Source: the human T2T-CHM13v2.0 reference genome, Homo sapiens. From it: 64,000 nucleotides of DNA. The notes under the pieces were generated by a model. The model was given only the letters and a program-made list of their open reading frames with translations, was not told the origin of the DNA and ran no database searches. A program made the translations under genes and the position numbers. Location of the stretch: assembly GCF_009914755.1 (NCBI RefSeq), contig NC_060948.1; one strand, written 5' to 3'. Shown here in pieces: positions 45,301-60,300 of this stretch (the stretch's first letter is position 1; every line of letters begins with the position of its first letter).

Positions 45301-48300
45301 AAAGGACTCGAATGGAAATCACTCGAATAGAATGCAATTTAATAAAATAGGATCAAATGTAATGGAATGGAATGGAAAGGAATCGAAACGAAAGGAATGG
45401 AGACAGATGGAATGGAATGGAACAGAGAGCAATGGTATAGAATGGAATGGAATCATCTGGAATGGAATTGAATGGAATGGAATAATATGAAATGGAATGG
45501 AATGGAATGGAATGGAATGCCCTTGAATTAAATGGACTGGAATGGAATGGACTCGAACAGAGTGGAATGGAAAGTGTTGAGATAGAATGGAATGGACTCC
45601 TTTGGAATGGTGTAGTATGCAATGCAATCGACTGGCAGGGAATCAAAAGGAATGTTATCGAATGGATTGGACTGGAATGCAATGGACTCGAATAGATTGG
45701 AAACGGAATGCAAAGGAATGGAATGGAATAGTATGGAATGGAATGGAAAGGAATGGAGTGGAATAGACTAGAGTGGAATGGAATGGACTGGAAAGCAATG
45801 GACTGGAATGGAACTTTCTTGAATGGACTGGAATCAAACGGAATGGAATGCAATGCAATCAAATGGCATGGAATAAAATAGAATGAAAGAGAATCAAATG
45901 GAATTGAATCGAATGGAATCGAATGGATTGGAAAGGAATAGAATGGAATGGAATGGAATGGACTAGAATGGAATGGATTCGAATGGAAGGCAAAGGAATG
46001 GAATCTATTGGAATGGACTGTAATGGAATGGAATGGAAGGGATTGGAATGGACTCGAATGGAATGGACTGCAATAGAAAGGATTCGAATGGAATGAAAAA
46101 GAATTGAATGGAATAGAACAGAATGGAATCAAATCGAATGAAATGGAATGGAATAGAAAGGAATGGAATGAAATGGAATGGAAAGGATTCGAATGGAATG
46201 CAATCGAATGGAATGGAATCGAACGGAATGGAATAAAATGGAAGAAAACTGGCAAGAAATGGAATCGAAATGAATGGAGTGTTATGGAACGGACTCAAAA
46301 GGAATTGAATGTAATAGAATGGAGTGGAGTGGACTCGAATATAATGGACTGGAATGGAATGAAATCACATGGAATGGGAACGAATGGAATGGAATGGAAA
46401 GGAATGGAATCGAATGGAAAGGAATCGAATGGAAGGGAATGAAATTGAATCAACAGGAATGGAAGGGAATAGAATAGACGGTAATGGAATGGACTCGAAT
46501 AGAATGGACACGAATGCTCAAATTGAATGGACTCGAATGGAATGGAAACGAAAGGAATGTCATCGAATGGAATTGAATCGATTGGAATGAAATCGCATAG
46601 AATGGAGTGGAATCAAATGGAATTGAATCGAAAGGAAAGGAAGCGAATGGACTGAAATGAAATGGAATGGAATTGAATGGAAAGTAATGCAATGGAATAG
46701 AATGGAACGAAATTTCACGGAATGGAATCAAACTGAATGGAATCAAATCAATGGAATCAAATCAAATGGAATGGAAAGGAATTGAATGGAGTAGATTGGA
46801 TTGGATGGGATTGGAATGAAATGTACTGGAAAGGACTCGAATTTCATGAAATGGAATGGAATGAATTGGAACGGAATGGACTCGAATGGAATGGAATGTC
46901 ATGGAATGGCATCAAATGGAATGGCATCAAATGGAATGGAATCGAATGCAATGGAATGCTATGGAATGGAATGGAATGCATTGGAATGGAATGTCCTCTA
47001 ATGGAATGGATTCGAGTGGAATGGAATCGAATATAATGGAGTCGAATGAAAAGGAATTGAAAGGAGTGGGATCGAATACAATGGAATATACTGGAATGTA
47101 ATGTAATGAACTCGAATGTAATTGACTGGAATGGAATGTACATGAATGGAATGTAATCGAATGGAAAGTAATCCAATGGAATAGAATCTAATGCAATAAA
47201 ACCGACTCAGATAGAGTAGAATGTAATGGAATGGAGTGCAGTGCAATGGAATGGAATGGAATGGAATGCAATGGAATGGAATGGAATGGAATGGAATGGA
47301 ATGGAATGGGATGGAATGGGATGGAATGGATAGTAATGGACTGGAGTGAAATGGACTGGAAAGGAATGGACTCAAATTGAAAGGGCTCGAAAGGAATGGA
47401 GTCAAATGGAATGGTCTGGAATGGAATGAACACGAATGTAATGCAATCCAATAGAACGGAATCGAATGGCATGGAATATAAAGAAATGGAATCGAAGAGT
47501 ATGGAAACAAATGGAATGGAATTGAGTGGAATGGAATTGAATGGAATGGGAACGAATGGAGTGAAATTGTATGCAGTAGAAGGGAATAGAATGGAATGCA
47601 AGCGAAAGGAAAGGAATGGATTGGAATGGAATGGAATTCATTGGAATGGAAGGGAATGTAGTGTAATGGACAGGCCTGGAATAAAGTGGAATGCTACGGT
47701 CTCGAATGGAATAAAAATGTATGGAATGGAATGCAATGAAACGGAATCGAATGTCATAGAATGTAATGGAATGCAAAAAAATGGAATCCAAAATCATTGA
47801 CTGGAAAGGCTGTGTGGCGAAAGGAATTGACTCCAATGGAATGGAATCGAATGGAATGGAAGTGAATAGAATCGAACTAAATCGAATGGAATGGAATTGA
47901 TAGGAACGGAATGGAAAGGAATGCAATGATTTGGCATGGAATGGAATCGAATGGCATCGAATGGAATGGAATGGAATGCAATGGAATGGAATGTATTAGA
48001 ATGTAATGAACTTTAATGGAATGTACTCGAATGGATTCGACTGGAATGGAATGTTCTCGAAGTGAATGGACTCCAATGGAATGGATTCAAAAGGAATGGA
48101 ATCGTACGGAATGGAATCTAATGGAATGGAATTAAATGGAAGTGAATCAAATTGAATAGCACGGAATTGAATTGAATGGAATGGAATGCAACGGAATCTA
48201 ATGAAACGGAAAGGAAAGGAATGGAATGGAATGGAATGGGCTGGAATGGAAAGGAATCGAAACGAATGGAATGGAATCGAACTGAAGAGACTGGAATGGA

Positions 48301-51300
48301 ATGCACTGGAATGGAAGGGAGTTTAATGGAAGGTTCCCGAAAAAAATGGAATCGAATGGAATGGAATTGAATGGAACGGAATAGAGTCGAATGGAATTGA
48401 ATGGAATGGAATGGACTAGAGTGAAATGGAATCGAACCACAAGGAATGGACAGGAATAGAATGGTCTCGAATTGAATGGAATCGTATGGAATGGCATCAA
48501 ACGGAATGGAATGGACAGCCACGGAATGGAATGCACTCGAATGCAATGGAGTCGAAACTAATGGACTGGAATAGAATGGACTCGACTGGTACGGACTCCA
48601 ATGGAATGGAATCGAATGGAAGGGAATCGAACGGAATGGACTCGAAGGGAAAAGACTGCAATGGAAAGGTCTCGAATGGAATGGAAATTAATGGAATGGA
48701 ATGGAATCGAATGAAATGGAGTCAAAAGGAATGGAATCGAATGGCAAGAAATCGAATGAAATGGAATCGCAAGGAATTGATGTGAACGGAACGGAATGGA
48801 ATGGGATCCAAAGGAATGGAATAGAATGGAATGGAATCGAATGGAAAGGACTCGAATGGAAATCACTCGAATAGAATGCAATTTAATAAAATAGGATCAA
48901 ATGTAATGGAATGGAATGGAAAGGAATCGAAACGAAAGGAATGGAGACAGATGGAATGGAATGGAACAGAGAGGAATGGTATAGAATGGAATGGAATCAT
49001 CTGGAATGGAATTGAATGGAATGGAATAATATGAAATGGAATGGAATGGAATGGAATGGAATGCCCTTGAATTAAATGGACTGGAATGGAATGGACTCGA
49101 ACAGAGTGGAATGGAAAGTGTTGAGATAGAATGGAATGGACTCCTTTGGAATGGTGTAGTATGCAATGCAATCGACTGGCAGGGAATCAAAAGGAATGTT
49201 ATCGAATGGATTGGACTGGAATGCAATGGACTCGAATAGATTGGAAACGGAATGCAAAGGAATGGAATGGAATAGTATGGAATGGAATGGAAAGGAATGG
49301 AGTGGAATAGACTAGAGTGGAATGGAATGGACTGGAAAGCAATGGACTGGAATGGAACTTTCTTGAATGGACTGGAATCAAACGGAATGGAATGCAATGC
49401 AATCAAATGGCATGGAATAAAATAGAATGAAAGAGAATCAAATGGAATTGAATCGAATGGAATCGAATGGATTGGAAAGGAATAGAATGGAATGGAATGG
49501 AATGGACTAGAATGGAATGGATTCGAATGGAAGGCAAAGGAATGGAATCTATTGGAATGGACTGTAATGGAATGGAATGGAAGGGATTGGAATGGACTCG
49601 AATGGAATGGACTGCAATAGAAAGGATTCGAATGGAATGAAAAAGAATTGAATGGAATAGAACAGAATGGAATCAAATCGAATGAAATGGAATGGAATAG
49701 AAAGGAATGGAATGAAATGGAATGGAAAGGATTCGAATGGAATGCAATCGAATGGAATGGAATCGAACGGAATGGAATAAAATGGAAGAAAACTGGCAAG
49801 AAATGGAATCGAAATGAATGGAGTGTTATGGAACGGACTCAAAAGGAATTGAATGTAATAGAATGGAGTGGAGTGGACTCGAATATAATGGACTGGAATG
49901 GAATGAAATCACATGGAATGGGAACGAATGGAATGGAATGGAAAGGAATGGAATCGAATGGAAAGGAATCGAATGGAAGGGAATGAAATTGAATCAACAG
50001 GAATGGAAGGGAATAGAATAGACGGTAATGGAATGGACTCGAATAGAATGGACACGAATGCTCAAATTGAATGGACTCGAATGGAATGGAAACGAAAGGA
50101 ATGTCATCGAATGGAATTGAATCGATTGGAATGAAATCGCATAGAATGGAGTGGAATCAAATGGAATTGAATCGAAAGGAAAGGAAGCGAATGGACTGAA
50201 ATGAAATGGAATGGAATTGAATGGAAAGTAATGCAATGGAATAGAATGGAACGAAATTTCACGGAATGGAATCAAACTGAATGGAATCAAATCAATGGAA
50301 TCAAATCAAATGGAATGGAAAGGAATTGAATGGAGTAGATTGGATTGGATGGGATTGGAATGAAATGTACTGGAAAGGACTCGAATTTCATGAAATGGAA
50401 TGGAATGAATTGGAACGGAATGGACTCGAATGGAATGGAATGTCATGGAATGGCATCAAATGGAATGGCATCAAATGGAATGGAATCGAATGCAATGGAA
50501 TGCTATGGAATGGAATGGAATGCATTGGAATGGAATGTCCTCTAATGGAATGGATTCGAGTGGAATGGAATCGAATATAATGGAGTCGAATGAAAAGGAA
50601 TTGAAAGGAGTGGGATCGAATACAATGGAATATACTGGAATGTAATGTAATGAACTCGAATGTAATTGACTGGAATGGAATGTACATGAATGGAATGTAA
50701 TCGAATGGAAAGTAATCCAATGGAATAGAATCTAATGCAATAAAACCGACTCAGATAGAGTAGAATGTAATGGAATGGAGAGCAGTGCAATGGAATGGAA
50801 TGGAATGGAATGCAATGGAATGGAATGGAATGGAATGGAATGGAATGGAATGGGATGGAATGAGATGGAATGGTATGGAGTGGATAGTAATGGACTGGAG
50901 TGAAATGGACTGGAAAGGAATGGACTCAAATTGAAAGGGCTCGAAAGGAATGGAGTCAAATGGAATGGTCTGGAATGGAATGAACACGAATGTAATGCAA
51001 TCCAATAGAATGGAATCGAATGGCATGGAATATAAAGAAATGGAATCGAAGAGAATGGAAACAAATGGAATGGAATTGAATGGAATGGAATTGAATGGAA
51101 TGGGAACGAATGGAGTGAAATTGTATGCAGTAGAAGGGAATAGAATGGAATGCAAGCGAAAGGAAAGGAATGGATTGGAATGGAATGGAATTCATTGGAA
51201 TGGAAGGGAATGTAGTGTAATGGACAGGCCTGGAATAAAGTGGAATGCTACGGTCTCGAATGGAATAAAAATGTATGGAATGGAATGCAATGAAACGGAA

Positions 51301-54300
51301 TCGAATGTCATAGAATGTAATGGAATGCAAAAAAATGGAATCCAAAATCATTGACTGGAAAGGCTGGGTGTCGAAAGGAATTGACTCCAATGGAATGGAA
51401 TCGAATGGAATGGAAGTGAATAGAATCGAACTAAATCGAATGGAATGGAATTGATAGGAACGGAATGGAAAGGAATGCAATGATTTGGCATGGAATGGAA
51501 TCGAATGGCATCGAATGGAATGGAATGGAATGCAATGGAATGGAATGTATTAGAATGTAATGAACTTTAATGGAATGTACTCGAATGGATTCGACTGGAA
51601 TGGAATGTTCTCGAAGTGAATGGACTCCAATGGAATGGATTCGAAAGGAATGGAATCTAATGGAATGGAATTAAATGGAAATGAATCAAATTGAATAGAA
51701 CGGAATTGAATTGAATGGAATCGAATGAAATGGAATCTAATGAAACGGAAAGGAAAGGAATGGAATGGATTGGAATGGAATGGGCTGGAATTGAATGGAA
51801 TCGAAACGAATGGAATGGAATCGAACTGAAGAGACTGGAATGGAATGCACTGGAATGGAAGGGAATGTAATGGAAGGTTCTCGAAAAAAATGGAATCGAA
51901 AGGAATGGAATTGAATGGAACGGAATAGAGTCGAATGGAATTCAATGGAATGGAATGGACTAGAGTGAAATGGAATCGAACCACAAGGAATTGACAGGAA
52001 TAGAATGGTCTCGAATTGAATGGAATCGTATGGAATGGCATCAAACGGAATGGAATGGACAGCCACGGAATGGAATGGACACCCACGGAATGGAATGCAC
52101 TCGAATGCAATGGAGTCGACACTAATGGACTGGAATAGAATGGACTCGACTGGTACGGACTCCAATGGAATGGAATCGAATGGAAGGGAATCGAACGGAA
52201 TGGACTCGAAGGGAAAAGACTGCAATGGAAAGGTCTCGAATGGAATGGAAATTAATGGAATGGAATGGAATCGAATGAAATGGAGTCAAAAGGAATGGAA
52301 TCGAATGTCAAGAAATCGAATGTAATGGAATCGCAAGGAATTGATGTGAACGGAACGGAATGGAATGGAATCCAAAGGAATGGAATAGAATGGAATGGAA
52401 TCGAATGGAAAGGACTCGAATGGAAATCACTCGAATAGAATGCAATTTAATAAAATAGGATCAAATGTAATGGAATGGAATGGAAAGGAATCGAAACGAA
52501 AGGAAAGGAGACAGATGGAATGGAATGGAACAGAGAGCAATGGTATAGAATGGAATGGAATCATCTGGAATGGAATTGAATGGAATGGAATAATATGAAA
52601 TGGAAAGGAATGGAATGGAATGCCCTTGAATTAAATGTACTGGAATGGAATGGACTCGAACAGAGTGGAATGGAAAGTGTTGAAATAGAATGGAATGGAC
52701 TCGTTTGGAATGGTCTAGTATGCAATGCAATCGACTGGCAGGGAATCAAAAGGAATGTAATCGAATGGATTGGACTGGAATGCAATGGACTCGAATAGAT
52801 TGGAAACGGAAAGCAAAGGAATGGAATGGAATAGTATGGAATGGAATGGAAAGGAATGGAGTGGAATAGACTAGAGTGGAATGGAATGGACTCGAAAGCA
52901 ATGGACTGGAATGGAACTTTCTTGAATGGACTGGAATCAAACGGAATGGAATGCAATGCAATCAAATGGCATGGAATAAAATAGAATGAAAGAGAATGAA
53001 ATGGAATTGAATCGAATGGAATCGAATGGATTGGAAAGGAATAGAATGGAATGGAATGGAATTGACTCAAATGGAATGGACTAGAATGGAATGGATTCGA
53101 ATGGAAGGCAAAGGAATGGAATCTATTGGAATGGACTGTAATGGAATGGAATGGAAGGGATTGGAATGGACTCGAATGGAATGGACTGCAATAGAAGGGA
53201 TTCGAATGGAATGAAAAAGAATTGAATGGAATAGAACAGAATGGAATCAAATCGAATGAAATGGAATGGAATAGAAAGGAATGGAATGAAATGGAATGGA
53301 AAGGATTCGAATGGAATGCAATCGAATGGAATGGAATCGAACGGAATGGAATAAAATGGAAGAAAACTGGCAAGAAATGGAATCGAAATGAATGGAGTGT
53401 TATGGAACGGACTCAAAAGGAATTGAATGTAATAGAATGGAGTGGAGTGGACTCGAATATAATGGACTGGAATGGAATGAAATCACATGGAATGGGAACG
53501 AATGGAATGGAATGGAAAGGAATGGAATCGAATGGAAAGGAATCGAATGGAAGGGAATGAAATTGAATCAACAGGAATGGAAGGGAATAGAATAGACGGT
53601 AATGGAATGGACTCGAATAGAATGGACACGAATGCTCAAATTGAATGGACTCGAATGGAATGGAAACGAAAGGAATGTCATCGAATGGAATTGAATCGAT
53701 TGGAATGAAATCGCATAGAATGGAGTGGAATCAAATGGAATTGAATCGAAAGGAAAGGAAGCGAATGGACTGAAATGAAATGGAATGGAATTGAATGGAA
53801 AGTAATGCAATGGAATAGAATGGAACGAAATTTCACGGAATGGAATCAAACTGAATGGAATCAAATCAATGGAATCAAATCAAATGGAATGGAAAGGAAT
53901 TGAATGGAGTAGATTGGATTGGATGGGATTGGAATGAAATGTACTGGAAAGGACTCGAATTTCATGAAACGGAATGGAATGAATTGGAACGGAATGGACT
54001 CGAATGGAATGGAATATCATGGAATGGCATCAAATGGAATGGCATCAAATGGAATGGAATCGAATGCAATGGAATGCTATGGAATGGAATGGAATGCATT
54101 GGAATGGAATGTCCTCTAATGGAATGGATTCGAGTGGAATGGAATCGAATATAATGGAGTCGAATGAAATGGAATTGAAAGGAGTGGGATCGAATACAAT
54201 GGAATATACTGGAATGTAATGTAATGAACTCGAATGTAATTGACTGGAATGGAATGTACATGAATGGAATGTAATCCAATGGAAAGTAATCCAATAGAAT

Positions 54301-57300
54301 AGAATCTAATGCAATAAAACCGACTCAGATAGAGTAGAATGTAATGGAATGGAGTGCAGTGCAATGGAATGGAATGGAATGGAATGCAATGGAATGGAAT
54401 GGAATGGAATGGAATGGAATGGAATGGGATGGAATGGGATGGAATGGATAGTAATGGACTGGAGTGAAATGGACTGGAAAGGAATGGACTCAAATTGAAA
54501 GGGCTCGAAAGGAATGGAGTCAAATGGAATGGTCTGGAATGGAATGAACATGAATGTAATGCAATCCAATAGAACGGAATCGAATGGCATGGAATATAAA
54601 GAAATGGAATCGAAGAGAATGGAAACAAATGGAATGGAATTGAGTGGAATGGAATTGAATGGAATGGGAACGAATGGAGTGAAATTGTATGCAGTAGAAG
54701 GGAATAGAATGGAATGCAAGCGAAAGGAAAGGAATGGATTGGAATGGAATGGAATTCATTGGAATGGAAGGGAATGTAGTGTAATGGACAGGCCTGGAAT
54801 AAAGTGGAATGCTACGGTCTCGAATGGAATAAAAATGTATGGAATGGAATGCAATGAAACGGAATCGAATGTCATAGAATGTAATGGAATGCAAAAAAAT
54901 GGAATCCAAAATCATTGACTGGAAAGGCTGTGTGGCGAAAGGAATTGACTCCAATGGAATGGAATCGAATGGAATGGAAGTGAATAGAATCGAACTAAAT
55001 CGAATGGAATGGAATTGATAGGAACGGAATGGAAAGGAATGCAATGATTTGGCATGGAATGGAATCGAATGGCATCGAATGGAATGGAATGGAATGCAAT
55101 GGAATGGAATGTATTAGAATGTAATGAACTTTAATGGAATGTACTCGAATGGATTCGACTGGAATGGAATGTTCTCGAAGTGAATGGACTCCAATGGAAT
55201 GGATTCAAAAGGAATGGAATCGTACGGAATGGAATCTAATGGAATGGAATTAAATGGAAGTGAATCAAATTGAATAGCACGGAATTGAATTGAATGGAAT
55301 GGAATGCAACGGAATCTAATGAAACGGAAAGGAAAGGAATGGAATGGAATGGAATGGGCTGGAATGGAAAGGAATCGAAACGAATGGAATGGAATCGAAC
55401 TGAAGAGACTGGAATGGAATGCACTGGAATGGAAGGGAGTTTAATGGAAGGTTCCCGAAAAAAATGGAATCGAATGGAATGGAATTGAATGGAACGGAAT
55501 AGAGTCGAATGGAATTGAATGGAATGGAATGGACTAGAGTGAAATGGAATCGAACCACAAGGAATGGACAGGAATAGAATGGTCTCGAATTGAATGGAAT
55601 CGTATGGAATGGCATCAAACGGAATGGAATGGACAGCCACGGAATGGAATGCACTCGAATGCAATGGAGTCGAAACTAATGGACTGGAATAGAATGGACT
55701 CGACTGGTACGGACTCCAATGGAATGGAATCGAATGGAAGGGAATCGAACGGAATGGACTCGAAGGGAAAAGACTGCAATGGAAAGGTCTCGAATGGAAT
55801 GGAAATTAATGGAATGGAATGGAATCGAATGAAATGGAGTCAAAAGGAATGGAATCGAATGGCAAGAAATCGAATGAAATGGAATCGCAAGGAATTGATG
55901 TGAACGGAACGGAATGGAATGGAATCCAAAGGAATGGAATAGAATGGAATGGAATCGAATGGAAAGGACTCGAATGAAAATCACTCGAATAGAATGCAAT
56001 TTAATAAAATAGGATCAAATGTAATGGAATGGAATGGAAAGGAATCGAAACGAAAGGAATGGAGACAGATGGAATGGAATGGAACAGAGAGCAATGGTAT
56101 AGAATGGAATGGAATCATCTGGAATGGAATTGAATGGAATGGAATAATATGAAATGGAATGGAATGGAATGGAATGGAATGCCCTTGAATTAAATGGACT
56201 GGAATGGAATGGACTCGAACAGAGTGGAATGGAAAGTGTTGAGATAGAATGGAATGGACTCCTTTGGAATGGTGTAGTATGCAATGCAATCGACTGGCAG
56301 GGAATCAAAAGGAATGTTATCGAATGGATTGGACTGGAATGCAATGGACTCGAATAGATTGGAAACGGAATGCAAAGGAATGGAATGGAATAGTATGGAA
56401 TGGAATGGAAAGGAATGGAGTGGAATAGACTAGAGTGGAATGGAATGGACTGGAAAGCAATGGACTGGAATGGAACTTTCTTGAATGGACTGGAATCAAA
56501 CGGAATGGAATGCAATGCAATCAAATGGCATGGAATAAAATAGAATGAAAGAGAATCAAATGGAATTGAATCGAATGGAATCGAATGGATTGGAAAGGAA
56601 TAGAATGGAATGGAATGGAATGGACTAGAATGGAATGGATTCGAATGGAAGGCAAAGGAATGGAATCTATTGGAATGGACTGTAATGGAATGGAATGGAA
56701 GGGATTGGAATGGACTCGAATGGAATGGACTGCAATAGAAAGGATTCGAATGGAATGAAAAAGAATTGAATGGAATAGAACAGAATGGAATCAAATCGAA
56801 TGAAATGGAATGGAATAGAAAGGAATGGAATGAAATGGAATGGAAAGGATTCGAATGGAATGCAATCGAATGGAATGGAATCGAACGGAATGGAATAAAA
56901 TGGAAGAAAACTGGCAAGAAATGGAATCGAAATGAATGGAGTGTTATGGAACGGACTCAAAAGGAATTGAATGTAATAGAATGGAGTGGAGTGGACTCGA
57001 ATATAATGGACTGGAATGGAATGAAATCACATGGAATGGGAACGAATGGAATGGAATGGAAAGGAATGGAATCGAATGGAAAGGAATCGAATGGAAGGGA
57101 ATGAAATTGAATCAACAGGAATGGAAGGGAATAGAATAGACGGTAATGGAATGGACTCGAATAGAATGGACACGAATGCTCAAATTGAATGGACTCGAAT
57201 GGAATGGAAACGAAAGGAATGTCATCGAATGGAATTGAATCGATTGGAATGAAATCGCATAGAATGGAGTGGAATCAAATGGAATTGAATCGAAAGGAAA

Positions 57301-60300
57301 GGAAGCGAATGGACTGAAATGAAATGGAATGGAATTGAATGGAAAGTAATGCAATGGAATAGAATGGAACGAAATTTCACGGAATGGAATCAAACTGAAT
57401 GGAATCAAATCAATGGAATCAAATCAAATGGAATGGAAAGGAATTGAATGGAGTAGATTGGATTGGATGGGATTGGAATGAAATGTACTGGAAAGGACTC
57501 GAATTTCATGAAATGGAATGGAATGAATTGGAACGGAATGGACTCGAATGGAATGGAATGTCATGGAATGGCATCAAATGGAATGGCATCAAATGGAATG
57601 GAATCGAATGCAATGGAATGCTATGGAATGGAATGGAATGCATTGGAATGGAATGTCCTCTAATGGAATGGATTCGAGTGGAATGGAATCGAATATAATG
57701 GAGTCGAATGAAAAGGAATTGAAAGGAGTGGGATCGAATACAATGGAATATACTGGAATGTAATGTAATGAATTCGAATGTAATTGACTGGAATGGAATG
57801 TACATGAATGGAATGTAATCGAATGGAAAGTAATCCAATGGAATAGAATCTAATGCAATAAAACCGACTCAGATAGAGTAGAATGTAATGGAATGGAGTG
57901 CAGTGCAATGGAATGGAATGGAATGGAATGCAATGGAATGGAATGGAATGGAATGGAATGGAATGGAATGGGATGGAATGGGATGGAATGGATAGTAATG
58001 GACTGGAGTGAAATGGACTGGAAAGGAATGGACTCAAATTGAAAGGGCTCGAAAGGAATGGAGTCAAATGGAATGGTCTGGAATGGAATGAACACGAATG
58101 TAATGCAATCCAATAGAACGGAATCGAATGGCATGGAATATAAAGAAATGGAATCGAAGAGTATGGAAACAAATGGAATGGAATTGAGTGGAATGGAATT
58201 GAATGGAATGGGAACGAATGGAGTGAAATTGTATGCAGTAGAAGGGAATAGAATGGAATGCAAGCGAAAGGAAAGGAATGGATTGGAATGGAATGGAATT
58301 CATTGGAATGGAAGGGAATGTAGTGTAATGGACAGGCCTGGAATAAAGTGGAATGCTACGGTCTCGAATGGAATAAAAATGTATGGAATGGAATGCAATG
58401 AAACGGAATCGAATGTCATAGAATGTAATGGAATGCAAAAAAATGGAATCCAAAATCATTGACTGGAAAGGCTGTGTGGCGAAAGGAATTGACTCCAATG
58501 GAATGGAATCGAATGGAATGGAAGTGAATAGAATCGAACTAAATCGAATGGAATGGAATTGATAGGAACGGAATGGAAAGGAATGCAATGATTTGGCATG
58601 GAATGGAATCGAATGGCATCGAATGGAATGGAATGGAATGCAATGGAATGGAATGTATTAGAATGTAATGAACTTTAATGGAATGTACTCGAATGGATTC
58701 GACTGGAATGGAATGTTCTCGAAGTGAATGGACTCCAATGGAATGGATTCAAAAGGAATGGAATCGTACGGAATGGAATCTAATGGAATGGAATTAAATG
58801 GAAGTGAATCAAATTGAATAGCACGGAATTGAATTGAATGGAATGGAATGCAACGGAATCTAATGAAACGGAAAGGAAAGGAATGGAATGGAATGGAATG
58901 GGCTGGAATGGAAAGGAATCGAAACGAATGGAATGGAATCGAACTGAAGAGACTGGAATGGAATGCACTGGAATGGAAGGGAGTTTAATGGAAGGTTCCC
59001 GAAAAAAATGGAATCGAATGGAATGGAATTGAATGGAACGGAATAGAGTCGAATGGAATTGAATGGAATGGAATGGACTAGAGTGAAATGGAATCGAACC
59101 ACAAGGAATGGACAGGAATAGAATGGTCTCGAATTGAATGGAATCGTATGGAATGGCATCAAACGGAATGGAATGGACAGCCACGGAATGGAATGCACTC
59201 GAATGCAATGGAGTCGAAACTAATGGACTGGAATAGAATGGACTCGACTGGTACGGACTCCAATGGAATGGAATCGAATGGAAGGGAATCGAACGGAATG
59301 GACTCGAAGGGAAAAGACTGCAATGGAAAGGTCTCGAATGGAATGGAAATTAATGGAATGGAATGGAATCGAATGAAATGGAGTCAAAAGGAATGGAATC
59401 GAATGGCAAGAAATCGAATGAAATGGAATCGCAAGGAATTGATGTGAACGGAACGGAATGGAATGGAATCCAAAGGAATGGAATAGAATGGAATGGAATC
59501 GAATGGAAAGGACTCGAATGGAAATCACTCGAATAGAATGCAATTTAATAAAATAGGATCAAATGTAATGGAATGGAATGGAAAGGAATCGAAACGAAAG
59601 GAATGGAGACAGATGGAATGGAATGGAACAGAGAGGAATGGTATAGAATGGAATGGAATCATCTGGAATGGAATTGAATGGAATGGAATAATATGAAATG
59701 GAATGGAATGGAATGGAATGGAATGCCCTTGAATTAAATGGACTGGAATGGAATGGACTCGAACAGAGTGGAATGGAAAGTGTTGAGATAGAATGGAATG
59801 GACTCCTTTGGAATGGTGTAGTATGCAATGCAATCGACTGGCAGGGAATCAAAAGGAATGTTATCGAATGGATTGGACTGGAATGCAATGGACTCGAATA
59901 GATTGGAAACGGAATGCAAAGGAATGGAATGGAATAGTATGGAATGGAATGGAAAGGAATGGAGTGGAATAGACTAGAGTGGAATGGAATGGACTGGAAA
60001 GCAATGGACTGGAATGGAACTTTCTTGAATGGACTGGAATCAAACGGAATGGAATGCAATGCAATCAAATGGCATGGAATAAAATAGAATGAAAGAGAAT
60101 CAAATGGAATTGAATCGAATGGAATCGAATGGATTGGAAAGGAATAGAATGGAATGGAATGGAATGGACTAGAATGGAATGGATTCGAATGGAAGGCAAA
60201 GGAATGGAATCTATTGGAATGGACTGTAATGGAATGGAATGGAAGGGATTGGAATGGACTCGAATGGAATGGACTGCAATAGAAAGGATTCGAATGGAAT

